Source: Alistipes sp. (GTDB taxonomy: Bacteria > Bacillota > Clostridia > Lachnospirales > Lachnospiraceae). Taken from it: a stretch of 35,926 nt of DNA. Positions within the stretch are counted from its first letter, which is position 1. The number at the start of each line of letters is the position of its first letter. The notes below the pieces were generated by a model that worked only from the letters and a program-made list of their open reading frames with translations, searched no databases and had not been told where the DNA came from. The translations under genes were made by a program, and so were the position numbers. Of the stretch, positions 1 through 8,579 are shown piece after piece. The stretch covers positions 1 through 35,926 of the forward strand of contig JAMPBI010000002.1 of the NCBI GenBank assembly GCA_023666775.1. Direction: 5' to 3'.

Positions 1-53
1 TGAGATTTAGTACATCAAGGGGACAGGGGATTTATATAAATAATAAAATTTTT

Positions 54-824
54 ATGAATTCTTGGAATATAAATGATGTTACATGTATAGAAACACCGGT
101 GTCATTTGGGGGATATAATGGAGATCAATTTGACGTTGGATTTGTAGGAGCGTTTACATATATCAATGGTCAGCCTCATAATCGGTATCGATATCGGACA
201 ACATCTATTGAAGCACAGTCAATTGGAAGGTTTTGCATGATCGCGCAGGATTGCATAATTGGTATGGGAGGACATCCAATGAATGCAATTACGGGAAGTG
301 CTGTATTTAAAGCAGGAAATGCGTGGTGTGAAAACTGGTATTCTGATAAAGGATATAACTGGCTTGATAAAATGGCACAAAAATATAAGGAAGCAGCATA
401 TAAACCGTTGCCTATAATAGGAAATGATGTGTGGGTTGGAGAGGGAGTAAAAATTTTAAATGGAGTAAACATTGGAGACGGAGCTGTTATTGCTGCCGGG
501 GGGGTAGTAGTCAATGATGTAGAACCATATACTGTAGTAGGCGGTGTTCCGGCAAGGAACATTAAAAAAAGATTTTCTGACAATATAGTGGAACGGCTTC
601 TAAAACTTTGTTGGTGGGAGTATGGAGTGGATATTATGGTTGGTATTGATCTGTATTGTCCGGATAAAGCCGTTGAATTATTGGAAGAAAGAGTCCATAT
701 TGGGCAACAGAAGTATATTGCAGATAGTTTTGAGTTTCATTGGGATAGTAATTCTATTTACTATTGCCATCAAAACAAAAAACAATTTTATAGTTATATT
801 GATAAAATAAGGAGCTTAAAATGA
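54..824 (+). CDS. Hexapeptide-repeat (LbH) acetyltransferase of the xenobiotic acetyltransferase (XAT: Vat/CatB-like) class, probably a sugar O-acetyltransferase
   Basis: The motif [52 protein letters not shown] is followed by LLKLCWWEY, which is typical of XAT-class enzymes. The stop overlaps the next start (ATGA at 821-824). No good SD precedes ATG 54, so the start is uncertain. Confidence 0.8.
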   Translation: MNSWNINDVTCIETPVSFGGYNGDQFDVGFVGAFTYINGQPHNRYRYRTTSIEAQSIGRFCMIAQDCIIGMGGHPMNAITGSAVFKAGNAWCENWYSDKGYNWLDKMAQKYKEAAYKPLPIIGNDVWVGEGVKILNGVNIGDGAVIAAGGVVVNDVEPYTVVGGVPARNIKKRFSDNIVERLLKLCWWEYGVDIMVGIDLYCPDKAVELLEERVHIGQQKYIADSFEFHWDSNSIYYCHQNKKQFYSYIDKIRSLK

Positions 825-1729
825 ATAGATGCATGTTGTGTGGTGGAAATGAGTTTGAGTTTGTTCATAATTTGCGCGATGATAGTAAACGTCATGTGTA
901 TCAATGCAGGAAATGTGGACATGTACAGGTATTGCCGCTTCCTACTGTTGATGAAGATTATCAATACTATCAGACAGGTGTTATGTATTCGGGGATGTTT
1001 GTAAATAAATCGGATATTGAAGATGTTGAAAGAACCGCAAATAGAGCACGTAAATTCGCTGAAAATCAACATAAAAAATTAATTCCTTTTTTACATGCAG
1101 ATTGGAAAATACTGGAGATTGGTTCTGCGTTCGGTTGGTTAGTAGAATATATGCAGAAGCTTGGATATGACTTTAATGGTGTTGAGATTTCAGAATTGTA
1201 TAGAGAGGCGTACCACAGGAGAACAGGAAAAAATTTATATAATTTTAATTTATTATGGGATAATCAGGATACAATCAGACATTATGGTGTATATGACTGT
1301 ATTGTATTGTTTCATACATTAGAACATATTAATGATCCTGTCAAATTTTTGTTAAATGCGAGAAAATTATTGAAGATCGGGGGGGTAATTTATATTGAAG
1401 TTCCAAACAATGATGATTGGATGATGGGACAATCACAAAAATATATGGATTTTCACTTTGCGAGAAGTCATGTATCTTATTTTACAAAAGAGACATTAGA
1501 GTTGGTGCTTGGGAAATCCGGTTTCTGCAATATTTCAGTAGAAGGAAATCAGATATACTCCATAGAGAATGTCTTTCAATGGTTTAGAAAAGATGAACCA
1601 TTTTTAGAATATCATCAGATAGATGTTCCGGAACCGTTGGAATGGTTGAATGAGCTGTATAAAAGGCGTATTGAAGAGGAGATGAAATCTTTTGCAATAA
1701 TTGGTAAGGGGACCAAGGTAGCAGATTAA
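821..1729 (+). CDS. Class I SAM-dependent methyltransferase with an N-terminal CxxC...CxxC zinc-ribbon
   Basis: The N-terminus CMLCGG...CRKCGH forms a 4-Cys ribbon. Motif I reads [11 protein letters not shown], and the Rossmann-fold post-motifs read [12 protein letters not shown] and [14 protein letters not shown]. The gene is ATGA-coupled to the upstream gene. Confidence 0.75.
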   Translation: MNRCMLCGGNEFEFVHNLRDDSKRHVYQCRKCGHVQVLPLPTVDEDYQYYQTGVMYSGMFVNKSDIEDVERTANRARKFAENQHKKLIPFLHADWKILEIGSAFGWLVEYMQKLGYDFNGVEISELYREAYHRRTGKNLYNFNLLWDNQDTIRHYGVYDCIVLFHTLEHINDPVKFLLNARKLLKIGGVIYIEVPNNDDWMMGQSQKYMDFHFARSHVSYFTKETLELVLGKSGFCNISVEGNQIYSIENVFQWFRKDEPFLEYHQIDVPEPLEWLNELYKRRIEEEMKSFAIIGKGTKVAD

Positions 1730-1869
1730 ACAGAAGTGAATTTGAGGTTGATCCTTCAAATCATTAAGGCGTGCGTAATTTTAGGCAATTTGGAGCGGAT
1801 CATGAAGAATTTCTGTTTAGTACCCGGTACTAGTAGGTATTGGAAAAGATAGTGTTACGGACATTTTCG

Positions 1870-1898
1870 TTTACAAAAATGAGGCGTTAATGTATAAT
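1870..1898 (+). promoter_or_regulatory. Putative sigma-A type promoter (TTTACA-17 nt-TATAAT) in the 200-bp gap upstream of the GT2 genes
   Basis: TTTACA lies at 1870-1875 and TATAAT at 1893-1898, with a hand-counted 17-nt spacer. AGGAGG at 1916-1921 precedes ATG 1931. Confidence 0.35.
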
Positions 1899-1930
1899 GA
1901 ACACAGAATGCGTGCAGGAGGAAGTATATT

Positions 1931-2950
1931 ATGAGTAAGATATTGTCGGTTTCCATAGCGGCATACAATGTGCAAAGCACATTAGAGGAAGCACTGCTTC
2001 CGTTTACAAAGAGCAAATATAAAGAAAAGCTGGATATAATGATCATTAACGACGGTTCAAAGGACGGTACGGCAGATATCGCGAAAAGGTATGAGCAGAA
2101 ATTTCCGGGAGTTTTTCGGTTAATTAATAAAGAAAATGGAGGCTGGGGATCAACATTAAATGTTGGAATGAAGGAAGCGAGTGGAAAGTATTTCAAGCAG
2201 CTGGATGGAGATGATTATTTTTCGGAAGAAAATCTGGACGGGTATATTGAATTTTTATCGGAATGTGACGCGGATATTGTTCATACACCTTATGTCGCAT
2301 ATGATGATAAAACGGGTTCAATATTAAGAAGTTTTGGCGCATATGGGAAAAATATTCTGCCGCAGAGACGAAAGGTTAAGTTTTCAGAGTTGGATGGATT
2401 TATTCCGGCTATGCACACATTGACCGTGAGAACACAGATTTTAAAAGATAATCCAATAAATATAACGGAGCATTGTTTTTATACCGATGTAGAGTTTCTT
2501 TTGAAAGTTTGTAATTATAGTGAGACAGTTATGTATTATGAACTTCCTATTTATTATTACAGACTGGCAAGAAATGGTCAGAGTATGAGCGTGGAAGGTG
2601 TTCGTAAGCATTATAAAGATCATTTAAAAATGCTCAAAACAATGCTGGAATATGAAAAAAAGAATGTGGATTCAGAGTGGAGGAAAAAGTTATTCCGGCT
2701 TCGGCTGGAAAATGCTTGTGATATGCAGTACAAGTTCTTTTTTGCCCTGAAAAAGAATGGACAGGCTAAGAAAGAAGTTCAGGAATTTGACAAAATGTTA
2801 AGGGACGAATATCCATATTATTATGAGAAAACGAAAAGCAGGATAATAAGCAGTTTGAGAAACAATAATTTCATTGGATATAATGTATTTGCAAGGGTTG
2901 CGGACAGTAGATATAAAAAATTAAAATTAGGAATATACGAAGGGTGTTAG
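1931..2950 (+). CDS. Family 2 glycosyltransferase (GT-A fold)
   Basis: The N-terminal motif is SVSIAAYNV...LEEAL, followed by IINDGSKDGT and a DGDD (DxD) motif. A strong SD is present. Confidence 0.85.
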   Translation: MSKILSVSIAAYNVQSTLEEALLPFTKSKYKEKLDIMIINDGSKDGTADIAKRYEQKFPGVFRLINKENGGWGSTLNVGMKEASGKYFKQLDGDDYFSEENLDGYIEFLSECDADIVHTPYVAYDDKTGSILRSFGAYGKNILPQRRKVKFSELDGFIPAMHTLTVRTQILKDNPINITEHCFYTDVEFLLKVCNYSETVMYYELPIYYYRLARNGQSMSVEGVRKHYKDHLKMLKTMLEYEKKNVDSEWRKKLFRLRLENACDMQYKFFFALKKNGQAKKEVQEFDKMLRDEYPYYYEKTKSRIISSLRNNNFIGYNVFARVADSRYKKLKLGIYEGC

Positions 2951-2952
2951 TT

Positions 2953-3933
2953 ATGGGTGTAAAAATTAGTGTAATCGTTCCTTTTTATAAAACTCCGATT
3001 ATAAAATTTAAAGTTTGTATTGAAAGCTTTTTAAATCAATCGTTTAAAGATTTTGAGTTACTGTTGATTGATGATGGTAATAGCTCAAAGTATAAAGAAG
3101 TTTGTGAAGAATATGTAAAAAATGATGACAGGGTGAAACTTATTTCACAGAAAAATTCCGGTGTTTCTGTAGCCAGAAATGCAGGACTTAAAAATGCGGA
3201 AGGGGAGTACATCATTTTTTGTGATAGCGATGATTATGTGGACAGTAATTTTTTGGAAGTGATGTATAACAACGTTTTGAATTATGATTTAGTCATCTGC
3301 GGTGTTTGTGAGCAGCATTTTCCAAGTAACGACTCGTCGGTTGACATGAAGGTGTTTTATTCTACGCCGACACAATATAACTGGATTCAGTATGTTAATT
3401 TCACTCCAAATAAGATATTTAAGAAATCCATTATTGAGGACTACTCTATTAAATTCGATCCGAAGGTTCGTTTAGGAGAAGACGCATTATTTGTGGGTGA
3501 ATATTTAAAACATTGTAAACATGTGCGTTGTATTAAAGATGCGATGTATCATTATGTGATAAATGAAAAGTCTGCTATACACACATATGACGCAAGGTAC
3601 TGGCAGTGGGAAAAGAGGGTTATTGAGCTTCAATATGAAATGTTTACGCAGTATCCATTGAATAAACAGGGACAGGAATTTATGCAGCGGTGGCTTTATA
3701 TAAAAATGAAAAGCTGTCTGTATTATTATATGTCGAATGAAAAAAGAAAGAAATATAAGAATAAGTTCCTGCATGAAATCATACATCACAAATATTTTAG
3801 GCATATTTTTAATGAATATAATAAAAATGGCTTTTATGGTAAAGGTGATAAAATGATTTTATTTGTTTGGAAGTTATTAGGAGAAAATGGAATTAAGATG
3901 ACTCATTGGTATTCGGCGCATAGAAGGCGGTAA
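2953..3933 (+). CDS. Family 2 glycosyltransferase (GT-A fold)
   Basis: Motifs ISVIVPFYK, LLLIDDGNSS, VSVARNAGL and CDSDD are present. The ORF track starts at GTG 2944, which overlaps the upstream stop. ATG 2953 (MGVKISV) is the more conventional start. Confidence 0.85.
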   Translation: MGVKISVIVPFYKTPIIKFKVCIESFLNQSFKDFELLLIDDGNSSKYKEVCEEYVKNDDRVKLISQKNSGVSVARNAGLKNAEGEYIIFCDSDDYVDSNFLEVMYNNVLNYDLVICGVCEQHFPSNDSSVDMKVFYSTPTQYNWIQYVNFTPNKIFKKSIIEDYSIKFDPKVRLGEDALFVGEYLKHCKHVRCIKDAMYHYVINEKSAIHTYDARYWQWEKRVIELQYEMFTQYPLNKQGQEFMQRWLYIKMKSCLYYYMSNEKRKKYKNKFLHEIIHHKYFRHIFNEYNKNGFYGKGDKMILFVWKLLGENGIKMTHWYSAHRRR

Positions 3934-3976
3934 GGGCGGATTTATCAATTGTGTTATAAGGAAATGAGGGAAAACG

Positions 3977-4852
3977 ATGGATAAAGAATATTTTTTAAAA
4001 AAATATAATCTGGACGATGAATTTAAAAATACATCATTAAGCTGGAATGTGTTTGATGAGATCTATGTTGATTATAAAGATAACCATTATGAGAATGTTG
4101 TAAAACAAACAGAAGAATTAGTTGGGAAATTTTATGAAGTACTTAATCAGGTCGATGAGAAAGAAAGGGTTAAGGTAGATACAATATTCGGTAGAGCTAA
4201 AAATCCAGAGCATTTGATTGAAAAAATTATTCGAAAAATTGCATTGGAAAATAAAGAAAGATATTCTAAAATTTCTAAGCAAAGCTATTTGTCCGTTGTG
4301 ACAGATGTCATTGGTATAAGAATATTAGTGTTAGCTAAAGAAGATTGGAAGATTGCCGATGATATTATAAGGACAATATTTCAAGGCTCGATTAAAGAGG
4401 CTAAGGCGTATGTGTGTTATGGAGATAGAAAGATATTTAATGAAAATCTGTTGACGCCTGATTATACAAATAGAGGTTACCGTTCCCAGCATTATGTTAC
4501 TGATTGGAAACAATATTATGCTGAAATACAGGTGAGGACATTGGCAGAAGAGGTTCATGGGAATCTGGAACATAGGGTGAGATATCCATATCGGGTTGAT
4601 AATAAGTTTTTAAAAAGGTATGGCAAGGTAATATCACAAAATGTTTCGCAATTAGATGCGTTGATTTCAACATGTGTTTGCTTAAATGATAAAACTTTGG
4701 ACGTATTGAATCAGCAGTTCAAAGATGATGAGTATGTTGATTGGTCTCAAAATCACAAAACAAGTGAAACCGTTCATATAGAAGAAAAAGAAAAACGTAA
4801 AGAGAATCTTGATGCAAGACTGGTAGCTAAAGAAATATTGGAGAAAAGATAA
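3977..4852 (+). CDS. RelA/SpoT-domain protein (small alarmone synthetase fold; nucleotide pyrophosphokinase-like), candidate toxSAS
   Basis: The order of SAS motifs matches RelP/RelQ-type synthetases. They are GRAKNPEHLIEKIIRK (RxKxxxS/KxxRK), TDVIGIRILV (D-x-x-G-x-R), GYRSQHYV (GYRSxH) and AEIQVRTLAEEVHGNLEHRVRYPY (EIQxRT...EH...Y-x-Y). An SD (GAGGG) lies 6 nt before the ATG. The protein carries extra N-terminal (about 70 aa) and C-terminal (about 80 aa) regions of unknown function. Confidence 0.8.
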   Translation: MDKEYFLKKYNLDDEFKNTSLSWNVFDEIYVDYKDNHYENVVKQTEELVGKFYEVLNQVDEKERVKVDTIFGRAKNPEHLIEKIIRKIALENKERYSKISKQSYLSVVTDVIGIRILVLAKEDWKIADDIIRTIFQGSIKEAKAYVCYGDRKIFNENLLTPDYTNRGYRSQHYVTDWKQYYAEIQVRTLAEEVHGNLEHRVRYPYRVDNKFLKRYGKVISQNVSQLDALISTCVCLNDKTLDVLNQQFKDDEYVDWSQNHKTSETVHIEEKEKRKENLDARLVAKEILEKR

Positions 4853-4866
4853 AGCGGGGTAGAAAA

Positions 4867-5082
4867 ATGGAAACGCGTACAAGTAAGGAAAATATGAAGA
4901 TGCTGATTCAAGAAGGAGTCAATGGAGTTACGAAGAAAGATACAATGCCTAACTCGGCATTTCCGTTGGAGAATGAGGCGGAAGCAATGTATTTTAAATC
5001 AGCAAGGGATTTTTTGGAAACAGTGGCTGCACATGTTATATTTAGTGCTGATGAGGAAGAGTCAGGGGGAATATGGATATGA
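4867..5082 (+). CDS. Small acidic hypothetical protein (71 aa), possible cognate partner or antitoxin of the RelA/SpoT-domain protein
   Basis: The ORF starts 14 nt after the upstream stop, with GGGGT 7 nt before the ATG. Its stop overlaps the ATG at 5079 as ATGA. It is rich in D/E and has no recognisable motif. Whether it is coding is supported only by this coupling geometry. Confidence 0.4.
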   Translation: METRTSKENMKMLIQEGVNGVTKKDTMPNSAFPLENEAEAMYFKSARDFLETVAAHVIFSADEEESGGIWI

Positions 5083-5636
5083 TAGAAAATACTTATCAGG
5101 GATTAATTGGTCGAGTTGGAAAAGAACATTTTGAAGCACGGTTTGACGAGTTGGTTAAACAGATTCAGGTCTTTTTGGAAGAAGCTAAATATGATGATAG
5201 TGTTCAACTGAATGAGCGAATACTATATCATGTATTATTGGATTTTTATTCAGATATTGAACGGTTGAAGGATTTTCATGGTATTGTCAATGTCAAGACG
5301 GATAAAATTATTGCATATCTTTTATCGTGGTTCATTAGAAGAAAACCTATCCAGATCACCGAATGCAGTAAAGATGAGAAGGATATTTTTGTCAATGAGA
5401 GATTTGCGTGTACGCTTTTAATTAATGAATGTTTATCTGATAAAAGTATTGGAGAAATTGATACAAGACTGGATGATTTTAAACTGGATTATTATAAGCG
5501 CTATGTTGAATTGTTGTTGTATTATTTCAAGTATCGGGCAGTTAATCCACAGGTAATTGAGCTTGTTATAGAAAGTTTTAAAGTGGGAAGGTTATTTCCT
5601 GTAATAAATAAAGTAGAGGTGCATAATGAAATATGA
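5079..5636 (+). CDS. Hypothetical, predicted all-helical protein (about 185 aa), third gene of the RelA/SpoT cassette
   Basis: The ORF track starts at ATG 5073. ATG 5079 has GGGGGA 8 nt upstream and forms an ATGA overlap with the previous stop. No HD, Walker or other catalytic motif was recognised. The 3' end overlaps the glf start by 11 nt. Confidence 0.55.
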   Translation: MIENTYQGLIGRVGKEHFEARFDELVKQIQVFLEEAKYDDSVQLNERILYHVLLDFYSDIERLKDFHGIVNVKTDKIIAYLLSWFIRRKPIQITECSKDEKDIFVNERFACTLLINECLSDKSIGEIDTRLDDFKLDYYKRYVELLLYYFKYRAVNPQVIELVIESFKVGRLFPVINKVEVHNEI

Positions 5637-6723
5637 TTTTTTGGTAGTTGGCGCAGGAATTTTCGGAGCTGTCTTTGCGCACGAGGCAAAAGCAGCAGGG
5701 AAAACCGTTTTGGTTATAGATAAACGTGATCATATTGCAGGTAATATTTATACAGAGAATATAGAGGGGATTAATGTTCATAAGTATGGAGCCCATATTT
5801 TTCATACATCGGATAAACAGGTTTGGGATTATGTGAATCGGTTTGCTGAATTTAATAATTATGTTAATTCGCCGATTGCGATTTACAAGGATGAGTTATA
5901 TAATCTGCCGTTTAATATGAACACATTTAGTAAGATGTGGGGGATTAAAACGCCTGACGAAGCGAAGAAGATTATTGGCGAGCAAAAGAAACAGTATTAT
6001 GTTGAAAATCCGTCAAATCTTGAGGAACAGGCGTTGTCGCTTGCGGGGAAAGATGTGTATGAGAAACTGATAAAAGGGTACACGGAGAAACAATGGGGAA
6101 GAGATTGCAGGGAATTGCCGGCATTTATTATTAAGAGACTTCCGTTCCGCTTTACCTATAATAATAATTATTTTAATGACCGCTATCAGGGGATACCGAT
6201 TGGCGGCTACACGGCAATTGTTGAAAAAATGCTGGCTGGTATTGATGTACGGCTGAAGACTAATTTTTTAAAAGAACAGCAAAAATATGCGGATATTGCG
6301 GACAAAATAATTTATACAGGTATGATTGATCAATACTTTGAGTATAAATTAGGTGTTTTGGAATACCGCTCTGTGCGTTTTGAAACAGAAAAACTTGATT
6401 GTGAGAATTATCAGGGCAATGCCGTGGTGAATTATACGGACAGGGAAGTTCCATACACAAGAATAATTGAGCATAAACATTTTGAATTTGGCGATCAGCC
6501 AATAACGATTATTTCGCGTGAATATTCCAGTGAATGGCATAAGGGAGATGAGCCTTATTATCCGGTGAATGATGAAAAGAATAATGCGTTATATGAACAA
6601 TATAATGAACTGGCGTTAAAAGAGAATAAGGTTATATTTGGAGGAAGACTGGGAAGTTATAAGTATTATGACATGGATAAGACTGTCAGGGCGGCATTAG
6701 ATATGGCGGAGAAATTTTTATAG
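5626..6723 (+). CDS. glf: UDP-galactopyranose mutase
   Basis: The N-terminal FAD-binding motif is YDFLVVGAGIFGAVFAHEA, followed by GNIYTE, HKYGAHIFHT and a C-terminal FGGRLGSYKYYDMD. Length (365 aa) and motifs are classic for Glf. Confidence 0.95.
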   Translation: MKYDFLVVGAGIFGAVFAHEAKAAGKTVLVIDKRDHIAGNIYTENIEGINVHKYGAHIFHTSDKQVWDYVNRFAEFNNYVNSPIAIYKDELYNLPFNMNTFSKMWGIKTPDEAKKIIGEQKKQYYVENPSNLEEQALSLAGKDVYEKLIKGYTEKQWGRDCRELPAFIIKRLPFRFTYNNNYFNDRYQGIPIGGYTAIVEKMLAGIDVRLKTNFLKEQQKYADIADKIIYTGMIDQYFEYKLGVLEYRSVRFETEKLDCENYQGNAVVNYTDREVPYTRIIEHKHFEFGDQPITIISREYSSEWHKGDEPYYPVNDEKNNALYEQYNELALKENKVIFGGRLGSYKYYDMDKTVRAALDMAEKFL

Positions 6724-6792
6724 AAACATATTAGTTAAAAAGTAAGCGATATAATACAATGATTTACCATTAGGGAAGAAGGAGATAAATAG

Positions 6793-7650
6793 ATGGCAAT
6801 TACAAACAAAAAAATCCTAATAGCAGTAATTGTTGTGCAAATGGCAGTATGTATATTATTGGGAACACAGAAAAACGGTTGGTTTACTGATGAAACATGG
6901 TCATACGGATTGGCAAACAGTGAAAATTATACTTTCATTGATGCTGAGACAGCAAAGGGAAATTCGGAAACAGGGTGGGTTGATAAAAATTTCTTTGAGG
7001 ATTATGTTGTTGTTTCGCGTGATGTCCCGATTTCCTTTAACGCGGCATTTGAGAACCAAAGAAATGATGTGCATCCACCGTTGTATTATTGTTTGCTGCA
7101 TGTTTTTTGTTTATTGAACCGGGGGTCTTTTTCAAAATGGACCGGGTTAGCGTTAAATTTTTTGATATTGTTTTTTATTGACCTGTTAATGTATTATATT
7201 GCGAATTATTTGTTAAAAGACGAAAAATTGTCTATTATTCCAATCTTGCTATGGTCATTTTCCGGTGTAGGGTTGAGTAACATTTTATATATACGTATGT
7301 ATTTGCTTTTGACATGTGAAATGCTTGCGTATGTAGCAATCCATATTAAATTATTAAAACAACATACAGTTAAGATAAAGGACACTTTTAGTATATTACT
7401 AATTGTTGCGTGCGGAGGTCTTACACATTATTATTTTTATCTGTTTGTGGTATGCTTTTCTGCGCCAATATGTATGTATTTTTTGCTGACTAAAAAAATC
7501 AAAAAAATGTTTATGTATGGGATCAATATATGTGCGGGTGTTGGAATGGCGTTATGTATTTTCCCTGAAGCTTTGGTACATATATTTGGCGGTTACCGTG
7601 GTACAGAAGTGATTGGCAATCTTGTACATGGCAGGAGTGCGGGGGGGTAA
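6793..7650 (+). CDS. GT-C fold (ArnT/PMT, GT39/GT83-like) membrane glycosyltransferase, N-terminal fragment ending directly after a G7 tract
   Basis: The first-loop motif is FTDETWSYGLAN (DE...Y...A), followed by HPPLYYCLLH and multiple TM helices. The ORF terminates at TAA 7648-7650, immediately after GGGGGGG at 7641-7647. Confidence 0.65.
   Translation: MAITNKKILIAVIVVQMAVCILLGTQKNGWFTDETWSYGLANSENYTFIDAETAKGNSETGWVDKNFFEDYVVVSRDVPISFNAAFENQRNDVHPPLYYCLLHVFCLLNRGSFSKWTGLALNFLILFFIDLLMYYIANYLLKDEKLSIIPILLWSFSGVGLSNILYIRMYLLLTCEMLAYVAIHIKLLKQHTVKIKDTFSILLIVACGGLTHYYFYLFVVCFSAPICMYFLLTKKIKKMFMYGINICAGVGMALCIFPEALVHIFGGYRGTEVIGNLVHGRSAGG
7641..7647 (+). repeat. G7 homopolymer at the frameshift point of the split GT-C gene
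   Basis: The run was counted directly (gtgc ggggggg taa). The downstream ORF's frame is open from 7569, so one additional G would fuse the two ORFs. Confidence 0.9.
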
Positions 7651-7664
7651 TTGCTAAAGTTTAT

Positions 7665-8453
7665 TTGGAAATGATTAATAATTCCATGTTTGCGGGTACT
7701 ATTAAAGCCTGTCTGGTTTTGGTATTACTATTGATACTGATCCATATTACAAAACATTTTGTCAAGATGGAATGTACATTTAACAAATTAACAAGAGAGG
7801 TTAGTATTCGATTTATAAGGACAGAAAATAGAGGTATTCCGCAAATTTGTTTTACACTTACGGATGAGTTCATATTGGAGATATTGCTCTTTATATCATA
7901 TGGTATATTTTTTCTGGCAGCAATAAATGGCAGCGAACTTGTTACCAACAGATATATATACCCTATATATCCGGTTATTGCACTGATAACAGTAAAGCTA
8001 ATTAAAGATCTGCTCAGGAATATGATACGTTCCAATCATATAAAGAGTATAATCATTTTTGTTTTTTCCATTATACTCTGTTTCGGGAGTGTTATGAAAT
8101 ACAAAATCGATTATCTGTATTTGGACTATAATGGAATTTATCACAATGCGCAGGAAGTTAGGGGAACGGATTGTCTGTTGTATTGTGGTGACGGTTGGGT
8201 GGATGTATATGGCGGGTTTTCTCTTAGGCTGTTACATGATGAAACATATTTTGTAAGATCGTATGAGTTGTATGATATTGAGGCGATACTTTCCGTAAGG
8301 GATACGGCAGATGGTTTGACGATATGTTTGCCAAGTGAATATTCGGATGAAGATACCAGAATCATATTAGATACAATTACTGCGCAGACAGGACTGCAAA
8401 GTTATCGGTATATATTTAAATTTTTAGGGGTACAGGAATGGCTTCTTGAATAA
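7665..8453 (+). CDS. C-terminal fragment of the same GT-C membrane glycosyltransferase (TM helices plus an extracytoplasmic C-terminal domain)
   Basis: Only a TTG start is available and there is no SD. The frame is open upstream to 7569, overlapping the end of 6793-7650. The content continues as TM helices followed by a soluble tail of about 110 aa. Confidence 0.6.
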   Translation: MEMINNSMFAGTIKACLVLVLLLILIHITKHFVKMECTFNKLTREVSIRFIRTENRGIPQICFTLTDEFILEILLFISYGIFFLAAINGSELVTNRYIYPIYPVIALITVKLIKDLLRNMIRSNHIKSIIIFVFSIILCFGSVMKYKIDYLYLDYNGIYHNAQEVRGTDCLLYCGDGWVDVYGGFSLRLLHDETYFVRSYELYDIEAILSVRDTADGLTICLPSEYSDEDTRIILDTITAQTGLQSYRYIFKFLGVQEWLLE

Positions 8454-8488
8454 AGTCAAAGAGAACGTATATAAAATGTGAAAGTTGA

Positions 8489-8513
8489 AAATAGAAATTT
8501 CTATTTATTTTTT
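8489..8513 (+). terminator. Weak AT-rich hairpin plus T-run downstream of the GT-C gene
   Basis: AAATAGA/TCTATTT forms a stem (8489-8506), followed by ATTTTTT. The stem is AT-only, so stability is low. Confidence 0.3.
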
Positions 8514-8579
8514 AGGTAATATATGATAGAATTTATTCATAAATGTTTCATTTAATTTTAGGATAAAGGAGAAAAGAAA

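Noticed and set aside
4922-5134. Alternative 70-aa, highly basic ORF overlapping the 71-aa acidic ORF in the RelA/SpoT cassette.
   Set aside because: It has no SD and no coupling geometry. It would straddle the ATGA junction at 5079-5082 that links the other two frames. I kept the frame that gives the stop/start overlaps, but only ribosome profiling or proteomics could settle which small ORF is real.
5262-5279. An R-x4-H motif (RLKDFH) in the 185-aa cassette protein, which could hint at a HEPN RNase.
   Set aside because: A single short motif in a helical protein is expected by chance. Its position in the first third of the protein is atypical for HEPN domains, and there is no other supporting feature. 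I have left this as a note for structure-based checking only.
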